NCBI GenBank assembly: GCA_904063045.1
Contig: CAJFCJ010000006.1
Coordinates: 4,542,408 to 4,606,407 of the forward strand
Length of the DNA stretch: 64,000 nt
Direction: 5' to 3'
DNA from: Dimorphilus gyrociliatus
Lineage: Eukaryota > Animalia > Annelida
The position numbers and the translations under genes were made by a program. Below the pieces are notes generated by a model. It saw only the letters and a list, made by a program, of their open reading frames with translations, had not been told where the DNA came from and made no database searches. Each line of letters starts with the position of its first letter. Position 1 is the first letter of the stretch. Positions 13,595 through 26,857 of the stretch are shown here, piece by piece.

Positions 13595-14100
13595 AAAAGT
13601 ATTTCGAACAAAAGAAAAAACCTAACAGAAATGACAACATATTTTTTATAAAAATCGTATCTACTCCTCTGTCTCCCAATCTACTCTTTCATTTCTTCTT
13701 TTTCTTTATCCAGATGATGTAGTTTCTAAAAAAATGGGTGTTGTTTATAAAAACAAAGTAATGGAAAAGGATGTTAGTTTCTATCTGTCTCAACTAGAAA
13801 AAAGTATAATGCAAAAGAATAAAGTAACTATGAAAACTATCAGAGATTATTACTGATTATCTTTTATAGCCCCTGTTAAACTATTCAATGACAGTTTCTC
13901 TATGTTTTCATACGTTCGTATACAAGCTATATTGTTATTAGAAGAAAAAGGGAGTTTTATAGGCTAAAACAAGAATAATAAGTAGCAAACGGACGAGTCT
14001 ACTTACTTTCAATGTATATAATTTATATTTATATATTTAAATAAATTTACGTTACGACTACATTTTAATTATACAAATATTCTAATATAATATAAATGAA

Positions 14101-15180
14101 ATGGAAAAGGTTAATAGAGAGGACATATTGGAATACTACAAATCTACTGAAATCTTTGTAATAATTCATCTATTTATTATAACAAGTGTAATAACAATAT
14201 TCGTATTACTTGTAGTGAAAAAAGTGATAATTAAACATAAGAATGATATAATACATGTCTTCTCAAATTGCATCAATTACAAGCTGCAAAATGCTGATAT
14301 TGAAGAGGAGGGCGTACCTTGTAGCAATCCAATTAGGGATTCTCTTCGTAGCTTTAGTAGGAAAATGAAAGAGATAAAAAAAAAATGGACCATTGCTAAA
14401 CTAGCTGAAATAGAGATGGCACTGAAGAGGGGTAAATGTAAAGATCCTTATAAAAACTACGATAAAAAGGCAAAGAATCCTATTTCTTCCGGTTTGTTTT
14501 GATAATTAATAGAACATCCTACAAATAATAATAGTCAATTATCATTAGGAATTGGTAATGTAGAGTATAAAAGAAAATGTTTGCACGTCCATAGGAGGCG
14601 GGAGTTTTCCGCATTCGAAAATAATCAACCTTATCGTGCTATACCGCTAGATGGAGACATCAAAGTTGAAATTGTCAGAAAGAGGAATATTATTGAAAAA
14701 GACGTCGAAAACGTAAAGCATGGTCGAGCATTAGAAGGCGGAGAAGAGGAAGAAGAAGAGAAAGAAGAGGGGGAGGAGGAGGAGGAGGAAGAGGAGGAGG
14801 AGGAAGAAGGAGAGGAAAGAGAAGAAGAAGAAGAAGGAGAAGAAGAAGAAGAAGAAGAAGAGGAAGAGGATTACAGAGAGGAAGGAGAAGAAAATTATAG
14901 AAATGAAGAAATTATAAGACAAATAGGGAAAAAAAAAGATTTAAGATTAACAAATATACCATTGCCAAACTACGCAAAATTATTGTCATTACCTAAGAGG
15001 AGTACTACGTTAAGAATACCTAAAAGAAAATCGCATAAACTACAAGATACACCAAAATCCTATTCAAAAGTACATAATGAATATAAAGTGAATGAAATTT
15101 CAGAGAGATTCGGTATAGCTAAATACGAAAAATATAACGATGAACTAACTAAACCATATATTATAAAAATAACGAAATAA
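14101..15180 (+). CDS. Orphan single-pass membrane protein with poly-Glu tract (two same-frame ORFs, probably joined by an 81-nt intron 14432-14512)
   Basis: ORFs 14101-14502 and 14581-15180 share a frame and are separated only by TGA-TAA. A GT...TTAATAG intron of 81 nt would remove both stops. N-terminal hydrophobic segment IFVIIHLFIITSVITIFVLLVV. Confidence 0.45.
14742..14885 (+). repeat. GAA/GAG-rich low-complexity tract encoding poly-Glu
   Basis: About 45 codons of mostly GAA/GAG interrupted by GGA/AGA/AAA. Confidence 0.9.
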
Positions 15181-15343
15181 TTATTATTGTAAATTTGAAT
15201 ATTCAAATTTATGTAAATGTATATATCTATAAGAATATTATCTTCTTATATGTGCTATGTGTTTATATATATATATATATTTTATATATATACATTTATA
15301 TGTATATAGTACATATATACACAAATATCTATTGGAATAAATT

Positions 15344-15562
15344 ATGTCAAATATTAACTATACTATAGTTAATTATATAATAAATACAACAGCAAAAAAT
15401 ACTGCAATTTATTATTCAACAGCTACAAGAAAAACAGTTAAAAATATAGTAATTTTTACGACAAACTCTGATATAAGCAACGGCGGGAGTATGTTTAATA
15501 TGGTTATAATAATATTATCAGTACTCGGTTTCATTAGTTTAGTAAGGTATGCTTACAAATGA
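15344..15562 (+). CDS. Putative small Thr/Asn-rich protein with C-terminal hydrophobic helix
   Basis: ATG-initiated 72-codon ORF ending MVIIILSVLGFISLVRYAYK. Could be an upstream exon of the next ORF, or chance in AT-rich DNA. Confidence 0.3.
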   Translation: MSNINYTIVNYIINTTAKNTAIYYSTATRKTVKNIVIFTTNSDISNGGSMFNMVIIILSVLGFISLVRYAYK

Positions 15563-15668
15563 TATTCTTATGGGAGAGTTTATTGTTTCATTTGTTATAA
15601 TTAAACGGGTCCTCCTTTTGTAAGCAAACCTTTAAAGTTGTATTGTTTACTTTGCTTTCAAAATTGGT

Positions 15669-16400
15669 TTGTTCGATACATTATTTAAAGGCTCAGCTTC
15701 GTTAAGGCAATTTTCTACCTCATCATCCAATCAAAGTGAACGAGCACGAATGTCTTCTTCGGCGACGAATAGTGACGTGCCCAAAGTTTCAATCAGTAAG
15801 TATGGTATAATAATAGAAGAACAAAAGAAACCAGAGCCGGCAGCTAAGCCGATTCTAAAGAAAGAATCGCAGATTAGTATGCAAAAGACGAAAGCAGATG
15901 ATGAGAATAATAATCTGAAGAAGAGTTCTGCAAGAAATATTAAGATATCCAACAGCCAAATGAAGTTGAACAAAGCCGATTTGAATGATAATTATCTAGC
16001 TCAAAGCGTTATGAATATATCAAATTTATTACAAAATCAAATGAGAAAATCATCGTTTATGAGCGCACCGGGAATAATGATTGGACAACCACTATCTCCT
16101 CAATTTAATCCATACGATCTTACGCAACTTCAACAACAATCAATGATGCCTTTACAACTACTATTAGGTCAGAGTGGAGGTATTTCGCAAACTATGCCCG
16201 ATGGACAACAGCCTTTCATGGGCAATTTCTTTCCGGATTTCGGAAATCAATTGAATAGTTCACAAGAAACTACTCAAGATTACGAGGATATGTCTTCAGG
16301 GGGCAGAGTTTATAAAGGAACCAGGAGGGGTGGGAGATTAAAAGTTACAGATCAACCTCAAGTTGCCACTTATTTAAGGGAAGAAAAGGACGCTCACTAA
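15669..16400 (+). CDS. Orphan low-complexity S/Q/M/G/P-rich protein
   Basis: 243-codon stop-free frame in AT-rich DNA, with internal ATG (MSSSATNSD) and an upstream acceptor-like TTATTTAAAG. Coding-like composition, no recognised domain. Confidence 0.55.
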   Translation: MFDTLFKGSASLRQFSTSSSNQSERARMSSSATNSDVPKVSISKYGIIIEEQKKPEPAAKPILKKESQISMQKTKADDENNNLKKSSARNIKISNSQMKLNKADLNDNYLAQSVMNISNLLQNQMRKSSFMSAPGIMIGQPLSPQFNPYDLTQLQQQSMMPLQLLLGQSGGISQTMPDGQQPFMGNFFPDFGNQLNSSQETTQDYEDMSSGGRVYKGTRRGGRLKVTDQPQVATYLREEKDAH

Positions 16401-17430
16401 ATGTCAATCTAATATCTTTGAAATTAACTTTTTCCACTATCTTTCCAGTTATTCATTCTTCGAATCGTTTAATAAAGAATATTGAAGATTATGGCAAAAA
16501 TCCCTACTGTATAAAAACTCATTTCTCACGTCTAAACAACAATCTTAAACTCCATCTATCGGATTATGGAAATTTTTTTTATGCAATTGAGTGGGAATAT
16601 TAATAAAATCATCATTACAAGATAATATAATTACGTTATTTATATATTCGATTATAAACTTTAAACGAGTTTATTTAAATTGCTTGTATTCTCGTACGTA
16701 TGGTTTATATCGATATATCGAATAAAGACATTAAAATATTATAAATATATAATAAATAATTTAAATTCTTTTCATATTTCTAGTAATTTTTTCATATTCG
16801 ATAATCCAATATAAACAGATGCTATAATCTCTGAAAGTGTTAATCAATATTTTGAATAAAAGTCATCTAATTTACATCTCTATGGTCCATTTAAAGCACA
16901 TTTGCTAAAGCAATTTAGACTATTGATTAAGACTTGGTATTCTTAATGAAAAACCAAGAGAAAATTCTTGCCTAATTTATCCTATTGTCCTCTTCTAACC
17001 CCTTTAAAGTTTGTTGTTAAAAATGTGAGCTTTTAAACTAAGGCTATTCTCGTAAAAATTCCCTGCTAACAAAAAGCTTAGTTTGCCTTCCCTTATAGGA
17101 CTCCCTAGAAAATAGAATAAAATAAAATCCCCCATTTATTCCTTATACAAATCTAAGCCTAATCTCTTTATGGGAGAAAGTTTGATTTTTATACGCTGTT
17201 TTGCGGTGCTAATTACATTTAGTAATTGCAGTTGTAACGAGGAACCTTTATGCGCCGAAAAGATAAACGCTAGTGCAAGAAATGAAGGGGAAAATGCACT
17301 CTTTATCTCCACTGGTTTAGTAGTTAATAAAAGGAGGAATTTTGTGAAAGTTTATTGCATTTTGTATGACTATCTCAGCTATGGCTGAATAAATTCATTT
17401 GAAATAAAAAAGGCACCAAATTGAAATGTT

Positions 17431-20400
17431 CTAAACGTATTTTTCCAGCTGATTCGTTAATAGTTCGTTTCTTCTACATTCTTCTTGAAAATCCCTTATT
17501 AGTTTAAAATAGGTTCGACCTTTATCAATTAACTCTAAAAATTCTTCATTAAGTTTATCTCTCTTCAATTTCTCCTCTTCCCTCCTTCTTTCCAATTTAG
17601 ATCTATTCTGTTTCACTCCATCTACCATATTTTCAAACTGTTTTAGAAATTGTTCCTTGCCACTTTGACTCATTCTCGCTCTTAATTAATTTTACAATCA
17701 ATATGTAAATTATATGCAAATATCATTTTAGTATTAATATTACTTACTCTTCAAAATTATCATAGATTGAATTTAATAGGTTAATTTCCTTTGTTAAATA
17801 TTGTTTTGAATCTTGTAGAGTATTGTACAATGTGTAAAATTGTTTCGTTTCCTTATGCCTTGCAGCAACTGAATAGGAAAAATTAAATTACATTGATTAC
17901 AATCTCTTTTTAACGCCCTCAAGATAAAAAAAATAGACCATACTTTGATTATATAATTCGACGAATCTTCTTTGATATTGGGCCAATTCGGCTCTTGATG
18001 GTGCTTCGTCTAATTTCCTTTGAAGTGATGAAATATCTCTGTTTACCTTTGCCTACAAAAAAAAAATTGAGAAAAAAACCTTGTAATACGCAATTAGTAA
18101 ATTAACTTTTATTCACTTACCAATTGTAATCTAGCTTTATGCAATTTCTTATTATCGACTCCCAATTGCTCTTCGATCATTAATAAATGCTCCTTCTCCT
18201 TAGGATCTTCAAAATCTACAGTTGATTCTTCCAATTCTTTTATTTGTTTTTCTAAATTATCCTTCTCCTTTCTACATTCTTCCCTAAATTCTTCTTCCTT
18301 CCTTTTCAAATTTTCACTTTCAATAACCAAATTACTTAAGTTTTTCACAATTCTGTTTTATATTTTAAAGAAGAAAGGGGAAATTTATTTTCATTCTCTC
18401 AATCCAATTACAAAAACTCTTTTACCTTCCTTTCTGTCCCTCTTCAATTTTGTGAAATTTAACAAGTTTCTCTTCAAGATTTTCATTAATTTCTTGTTTC
18501 TATACAACAAGAGAAAGGAAGGAAAAATTCTTAGCCGTTTTCTTTTTATATATAATATTTATTTATTTATTAGTATTACTTTTTCAAATTCTTCTCTAGC
18601 CTCATCGTAAACAATTTTCATTTCGTCGTGTTTTTCTTTTAGCTATTAGTATAATTAGTTTTGATATTCATGAATATTCAAAAGGGGAGAGAAAAAAAAA
18701 ACAGCATAGTTAGTTCGGTAATTTCATACTTGATTTTGTCTTTTTAAAAAAAAAATAGACCTTTTCGTAATTATCTTTAGATATTATAATTTCTTTCCTC
18801 AGTGAATTTATTAGTCGATTTTGTTGTTCTTCTTTAGATACTTTGTTGAATTGGAAATGATCTAATTCGGCTTTCTATTTGGGAGATAGATAATTAGATA
18901 GAGAGAAAGAGAGAGAAAGAGAGAGAAGGAAAGCGAGTAAAAGTGAAAGAATATATTATCTATTTTGTTATGTTTTCTATATAAATACCTTTTCTTCGTA
19001 TTCGGAAACAATTTTATGAATTTCTTTCGTTTGACTACTAACTAAATTTCCAACGATTGCAGAAGATAAACGACCTTTACCTTCCATTACGGACATTTCC
19101 TCCATTAAAGACTTCAACTTTTCCTTAATTAATTTAAAAAGATGCAAAGGTTACAATGTAAATGTTTTTAATAGGTAAATTTGAAAATAACAACCTTCTC
19201 AATTTCTTTACTATCATCTCCCTCTTCTTTCTGTTCCAAACCGGCCGCAATAGCCTTTTTCTTTGCCTCTGATTGCCCACTTTCTTGACGTTTCGATAGC
19301 CTATTACTATCTAAATTGAATCTGCAAACGTCGCAAGATTTTCCATTTTAATTACAAATATGACTCTTTTATCGGTCTATGTCGCTTTGTTAGAGATTAT
19401 TATCGACTTTTCGAAGGAGAATTTTGAAGAAGTTCAAACAAAAACTAAATTTACTTACTGTCCATATTCAAGTAATGTAAATTGAACTCGAGTTGATAAT
19501 TCCTGATCCTTATCTCTTCTCCTCCTTTTGTAAACTCGTTTAGGTTTATAATTTTGCTATTTTAAAAAAGAATATCATAATTAATTATTGAAATATGAAA
19601 ATTAATATTTACAGTTGTTTCGGATAAAGTAGATAAGGATTTCTTTAATTTATTCTCTTCCTCCTACAAAGAAGAAGAGAGGAATGTAGAATCAAAACGA
19701 TTAGGAAAAGTTATTAAAGGAAATAGAAAATGTAAATTTAGGACCTCGGATAAGGCGTGACTCTTATTAAATTGGGAAACAGAAAAAGCCCTTAGAACGT
19801 TTCCAGTCTCTTCTCGAGTTTCTATAGCCTTTTTCACTAGCCACTAATATATAAAAAAACGAAGTTACTTAACCGAATAATGAGTAAATAATATATTTTT
19901 GCTTAGGACAAACCTGAATAACTGGGAAAATGTGGATAAAATCAAGACCTTGAATTTGGTGGGGTTCAATTCTATGAGGGCACTTCATTTTCGGTAAAAC
20001 CCTTACAATCTTCTCTGTTAGGGCGCTATAAACGTATTGTAAGTTGATTATATTAGTATACTGTCTAATGTTTAGATGCCTCCCTCTGCCTCCTTCCCCT
20101 TTTCTTTATCTCCCATTCTCCTCCCTTCCCTTCCTTAATTGTTCTTATATAATTATTTATAGAAATTATGTTAATTACATTTTTTGTCCAATTGTTGAAT
20201 TCTCTTGGAAGAGAAGATCCACATCTAAATCAACATTACAAGTTGTTATACACCAGGACATACCACCGACAACCTGGAAAAGTAGTAAGAGCTCTTTTTA
20301 AAAGACTAGTTACTCCCAGCTTTAAAAAAAAAACTATTGATAGACATTTTACTTTATCGAATGCGGACAACCCCTTAATCCGTGCCCGAAAGTATCCAGC

Positions 20401-20676
20401 TGCTAGCAAATATTCAATGATTTTGTTTAACTTTACGCTTTGCTCCTCATCTTCCCTAATATCGAACTGAAAATGCGAGAAACGAATTTAAAATACCTAT
20501 CGAAAATCGATGATAAACTCTACAAAGTTGTTGAGTTTTCATGTTTAAATCTTTAGTATTTGAAAATTTTATGGACATATACAAACTTTTATGCTATAGC
20601 CATCTTGATCGGTAACAGTTGTTAAATCCCGTTTTATAGACGCTGAAGGAAATATTGTTCCAGTAACAGACGCCAT
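17431..20676 (-). CDS. CCDC93: Coiled-coil domain-containing protein 93 (CCC/Commander complex), multi-exon
   Basis: Exon 1 [30 protein letters not shown] spliced to [39 protein letters not shown]-terminus [19 protein letters not shown]...[10 protein letters not shown]. Confidence 0.93.
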
Positions 20677-20824
20677 GTTGATATTGTATTTTCACATGAC
20701 CAACTAGTCCTAGGCTTAATGTTATTTCTGCAAAAATATAAAGATTTTCAGAGCTTAGCATCAATTTGTCCTTAGATAATTGATAACCTCTTATCGTCTG
20801 ATTGATTAGATCTGACATTTGGTC

Positions 20825-21838
20825 ATGGACGTTGTTCTGAACGCGTGTGACGAGCATTTCCTAACTCCTTACGTCTATCCAGATTGGTGGAAAGAAGACA
20901 ATATATGGAGGTCAGTGATTAATGAAATGATAAGGGGAAATGAATAAAATGATCGATAAAACCTCAAAATAACAAAAAAAATTATAAAAAATTCACTATT
21001 TTCAGACAATTCATAAGCTTGAATTTTATTGTCGACATTGGAGGAGCTTTGCTCTACCTGTCCATGGCGACGTTCAGTTATTTTGTCATATTCGATAAAA
21101 AGTATTTAAATCATCCTCACATCTTAAAGAATCAAATACGAAGAGAAATAACTTATGCTCTCTCTTCAATTCCTGGAATGGGTATACCAACTTGCCTATG
21201 TTTTCTATTAGAAGTCAGAGGTTATTCAAAGTTGTACGATAGTGTTGACGAATCTAAATACGGTATATTTAAATTGAATAGAGTTTTTAAAGCAGATCTA
21301 TTAATATTTTCCTCATTTGCATTTTAAAGGTTGGAGTCTTATTGCTTGCTCTGCGATTGCTTTCTTGTTGTTTACCGATTGTTTAATCTATTGGATTCAT
21401 CGCGGTTTACACCATCGTCTAGTCTATAAACATCTTCATAAACCCCATCACTGGTGGAAGGTACCAACTCCATTTGCCTCTCACGCTTTCCATCCCATTG
21501 ATGGTTTTCTTCAATCTTCACCGTATCATATCTATGTTTTCCTTTTTCCAATGCACAAGTATTTATATATGATACTTTATGTTTTGGTAAATGTATGGAC
21601 TGTCTCCATTCACGACGGTCATTTCCGGGTACCCAGCAGCTTAAAACCAATAATTAACGGAGCGGCCCATCACCTGGACCACCATCTATTTTACAATTAC
21701 AACTACGGTCAATATACAACTTTTTGGGATCGATTAGGCGGGTCTTTTAGAGAGCCAAGTGGTTTTAAGATTGATTATACGTCTGAAAAAGTGCAAAGAG
21801 CGGCGGCAACAACCAAGAACAATGGTAAAGATGATTAA
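20825..21838 (+). CDS. SC5D: Lathosterol oxidase / sterol C5-desaturase, 3 exons
   Basis: [19 protein letters not shown] start; three His boxes HRGLH, HKPHH, HLDHH; [14 protein letters not shown] and [16 protein letters not shown]. Confidence 0.95.
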
Positions 21839-23948
21839 AGAAATTATTATTAGAGAATAATGGCCCGTTACTGCCGTAGTATTCTTCTTTCTTTTTGAAG
21901 TATAATTTATCCCATTCTCTACGTGATTAAACTTAAGAATAAGAAAAGTCTTTAATCAACCTCGTATTATATTCTGACTTTTATCGTTTCTGATTTTTTT
22001 CGTCCTATTTCATTAAGAAAAGATAAAATATACAGTATATAACCTATAGATATAGATATATATGCAAATGTAACACTACATTTTGTTTTTACGCGGCTAT
22101 AGTTAGGGAAATGGATTTTTCACCCCCTTCTCCCCAAATATCACAACTTTTCTTTTAAATACAAACTTTAACCCCTCCCCTCCCACCCGGTTTGCCCCTT
22201 CATTCTTGTATACTGTATACGTGTACAGGCTAAATTCACTAGTCAAAACTCTGATATCGAATATAATTTCTTAAGAAAATATATAAAAGATGTATCTATT
22301 GAGAAAGATTAGCTTTGGTCTAAGATTAAATATATAGAGAAAGATTAATGAATTATTTTAATAATCTTCACCTATATTAACATTTAACCTTTAGAAAGAG
22401 GGGGAAAAAAAAGAGTGGGAATGCAATAGAAAAATATATATATATATAAATAGATATAAATACAGACTTGAGAGAGAGAGAGAGAACAGGAACAGAGTGA
22501 AGATTTATCTACAAATCAGAAAAAAACAGTATTCTCTAAAAGTTAAAAAGTAGGAAAGTAAACGTAAAATTTTAGCTCTATTGATAAACGAGATAAGAGC
22601 CCGATTCAAGATATAAAAAGCGAATGAAAGTCTTTTTTTTATATGTATAGAAAGAAAACATTGTAAATGTTTCATTGTTCTAGCATCTTTCCTCTTCCTT
22701 TATCATTTCTCTTTTACATCCTCCCTCCTCCCTCATCTTTCATCTTATACTTCCCGTAATAGTATGATTGAACGGATATGGAAGAAATTCCTTTGCATAA
22801 GTTACTTAGTCGTTTCCCTGTGTATATATGCATAATATTCTAACGGTAGTTCCGTTTAGTAATTACAGCCACTCGTGGAAAAGTGGCTAAAAAAAGTATA
22901 GAAAGTATAGAAAGCAAGAATGAGCGAGAAAGAGAGAAGTGAGAAACAGCCGTGATTCATTGCTATGATTTGGCCTTTTCATTCCTATTTTTCGAATATC
23001 GTTTTACGTATGAAATATACGTTTTATCCTAGAAGATAAATGAAGATAAAAAAAAACAAATAGAATCGGACGTAACGTCAAATTTTCCCTAGACCATTCG
23101 ATAGATGGGTTAGGATGGATGCCTTTCGAAAATCTTTGCTAACTAATGCTAGTGATTTAAAAGATGTCGGTAAAGTTAAATGAATGATACCTCATCAGTC
23201 TTGTCTTAAGTTTTAAGAAAAATAAATATTCATTAATGCAAAGGTTAATAGGTTAATGTAAGTACGGTAGGAAAGGGGCAGATTCGGGAAAGATGGACAT
23301 TTTAAAAATAGAGATAAAGAATTGTGGAAAATTGGAAAAACTTGTTTATTGAGAAAGAAAGAGAGAGGAAGAGAGGAAGAGTTTGTAAGAGATGGTATTT
23401 TATTCAATAGTGGTGACAAGCCGCCTCGTATAGCTTTTAACATTGACAAATCTCTAAAGAGAATTATTTCATTGATCGTTCAATTTGTAATATGACGATT
23501 GTGACAAACAATCGGAATTTCGTCAAAATAATGATAGTGTCATATATATTATTTCTTAACGTATCTTGAGATAGTAATTGTATTTGTTTGTATGAATGGA
23601 GGATAAAGGGGAAAAGGATAAAAAGAAAACTAAAAAAGACTGGCATATACGATACGTAGTACAATTCAGACGTTTCTTTTCCATAATAATTAGAGTGATC
23701 CTCACGAATTTCCTACTTGTTAGAGTGAAGATAAGTAGAATGACAAAAATTGGGCAATTTTTACGATCAGAATGGTAAAAACGGTTGAAACTACCTCAAT
23801 CTTTTCCTTTGAAGAAGGAAAGTTCCTTTAGAAGAAGCTACTCTTTTGTCTTCTCGCGTCTTTTCATTCTTTTTTTCTTTTGCTTTTTTTTATTATTATT
23901 TAATTTCAAAGTGAGTATGGAGGTAGATTTTCATGGAAATTGTATAAA

Positions 23949-23951
<3 letters not shown>

Positions 23952-23987
<36 letters not shown>
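23952..23987. repeat. (TA)n microsatellite
   Basis: About 18 uninterrupted TA units. Similar shorter runs near 11190, 28095 and 46985. Confidence 0.9.
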
Positions 23988-23988
<1 letters not shown>

Positions 23989-24118
23989 TTTATATGTATA
24001 TAAAGTATATATACAATGTGTATCATTATATAGAGTACAGAGTATAATACAATATATACTGTGGAGTATATTGTATAGTTTCTTCTAACATACAATGCAC
24101 ACAAAGAAAGCGAATTGA

Positions 24119-26826
24119 TTAAGTTTTCCGTTCACTAATAGGCTCACCCAGGCACTTGTAGTCATAAGTCGAATTGGCGCTAGTATAATTCTTAAAGTTA
24201 GTGACGCCCTCTATAAAATAAGGAGTTCGAGAATCGTATAATTGGGGAGCTTGGAGGAGTATGGCCAAAGTTCCTACTATTACCGTTGATATGTAGACAC
24301 AGAAGAAGAGGCGGTCGATAACGAGTGCAATATATTTCCAATCTTCCTTTGCCTGGTTGTTTCGCGTTAATTAAAGGAAGGAAAGAGTACTTAATAATGG
24401 TTGTGTAGATCTGGGAAAGAGGTACACTTACCCGATTTTTATCGTCCTCCTCCTTCAAGTGATCGGCTATGTAGATGGCGCTCTCAATCGTATCTCTTAC
24501 GGTTGGCCTTCCGTGCCGAAAGTGGCGATTTCGAAGATGTCGACCACCATTAGCTGTACCACTCTCCAACTCTTCCGATAGCCTAATTAACTCGACTTGC
24601 GTCTTAGAACGAGACGAGCTGTACGAATAGTAATTCCTAGACGAATTTGGGGAGTCCCGATCAAACTTTTTATTAGATCCTTTCATGCACGAGCAGACGC
24701 TGATCTTTAGATTCTTTAATAAGAGATCGTGACTGTTTTCAATTTTTGGCCTAGTCATCATTAGAATTCTAGGCATCCAATATATAAAGAACTTTCTTAA
24801 AAAGGCGGGCATATGTTGAGACGCTGCCCGAAAGTGTATATTCAAAGTTAAACTTGTCACTATGACGCTTGTAGTCACTATCACTAACGTAAATATCAAA
24901 TATTTCCCCAACATTGGCACAACAAGAGATGATGGGGGCGTTATCTCCCTCAACAATAAGAAGAAGACAGTTAAGGAGAAGAAGATGTTAATGCAAAGGG
25001 CCACCTTCTCCCTACTTCCGCTCGGTAGATAAAAGACGCAGATAGTAAGAAAAGCGTGAGCCCCTAACGGTATTATTAGATTCATGAGATAGAAGAGATA
25101 CTTTCGGCGTAGTTCGATCGTAAATCTAAAATACGGATACTCTTCCTCCGATCCGGCTAGAGTCTGATAGCCTTTAACCGCTCGGACCTGCGTCGAATAG
25201 AGATTTGCTTATCTATCGATTGTTGCCTTTCGGCTCTCGATTTCCCCCCTCTTTTCTCCCTCCCGATTTCATTCTCCCTCCCCAAAAGCAAACACAAGAA
25301 AGACAAACTTACCGACATTATATCAAATTCTCCATTTTCGTAGAATTCGGACAAATCAATTCCTGGTTGGATCGTATCGAACTCATTAACGTCGCTAGAA
25401 TTTTCCGCTTGTTTCTCATGGAGTATATCTACTTCGTTCTTGTTATAAGTCCATGATACAAAGAAAATATCGCAGCTTGTGAATAATATTAATTAATTAG
25501 TCATTAATTAAAAACAATGAAAATTATTATTACTCTTGCTCATCAAACGGGAAGAACTTGACATTCATATTGCAGGACGTCTTTACCGAAGCTGGGGCGT
25601 TCCATTCGATTAATCCGTGATAGTGAATATTGGCGATCGTGTCCCGGTTCAATTCGTAATTGCCGTCAGCGCTATTTTTTTAGTGCGTGAAAAGCGTCCA
25701 TTAGTAAACGTCGAGGGTGTGGGCGAAAAGAAACGAAAAAACTACTTTACTTCTTAAATTGATCGCGAGTATATAGGAGGTTTTTTGGTAGTAGCAAAAA
25801 CTCACAAGAGAAGGGAAAAGAGGGTCGAAAGTAAATAAATCGGATAAATCGAGAAAGAGGGGAGGGATGGGGGGAACGAAAGAAAGAGTAGAAAAGGGGA
25901 AAGGGAAGAGGCGTTTTAGTCGAGGGAGGGCGAGAGGAGGTGTTTTACTGTTAGGCCCTAAGAGATCCATAAGTTTTCTTCGCCGTCAAATACTAATAGG
26001 AACGACAGATGCGAGAGGGTATTTATAAAAGGAAAAAGGTCTGAAAGAGAGTGAGAGGGACGCTTACTTGTTAAAGACGACTATATCCGGCGTCCACAGT
26101 TTCTTGATCGGTATGTTTAGTTGTTCGATTTGTCTGAATTCTGCCGGATTCCACGTTAAGCTTCTGTCATTCCAAGTTTGTTTTAACCAAATATTGGTTG
26201 TCATAATTTGATTTTTTTCATCCTATCAATTATCATTATTATCGTTATTAGTGTTCCTTATAGTAATTCCAAATTAATTGTCTAGCAGACGAAACCAGAC
26301 AAAAGTACGATAACATTTGAGTTATTTTCGCTAACAGAAGGCAGTTAGTCAAAAAAAAAAGAAGGCAAAAATAGCATACAAGCTATTCGCGATCAGACGT
26401 CAACGGCGTTGATTATTAGACGTCAGAAGCGTCCCGACGACGCTTCTGTTTGATGCAATTTGACTCATTGTCCCCTTCTCGCTCGTTCTTCTATTCAATT
26501 ATATTTACTCGCCATTCGGCGAACCGCAGCTCGTTTATCGACGTTTACGAAAATTTTTTTTCCTCTTCTTATACAATTCTCTTTATATGAATGATTCTAT
26601 AAAGAGACTGACTCTTTTATACGATTATGTGTTCTAGGATGGGGAAGGGTTTTTTAGGGTTAAAAAAAATGGATATGGACATGGGGAAAATGGGGCGACG
26701 GGTGGGTTAAAAAAAGGAAAAGAGAAACGGTAACTTTTTCTTTCTTTTCTTTTATTTCTTCTCTTTTTCATTCATTCGTTTCCTTTTTTCTTTCCTCTCT
26801 TTCTCTCACCCTCCCCTTCCTCTCGC

Positions 26827-26857
<31 letters not shown>

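Noticed and set aside
14500-14505. Stop-codon readthrough or selenocysteine joining the two same-frame ORFs
   Set aside because: TGA is followed directly by TAA, no SECIS was seen, and an ordinary 81-nt intron explains the join.
14731-14922. Minus-strand poly-Phe/Leu ORF resembling a membrane protein
   Set aside because: It is the antisense shadow of the GAA/GAG poly-Glu tract.
20594-20857. 87-aa minus-strand ORF over the CCDC93/SC5D promoter
   Set aside because: It overlaps the true first exons of both genes in other frames and has no independent coding signal.
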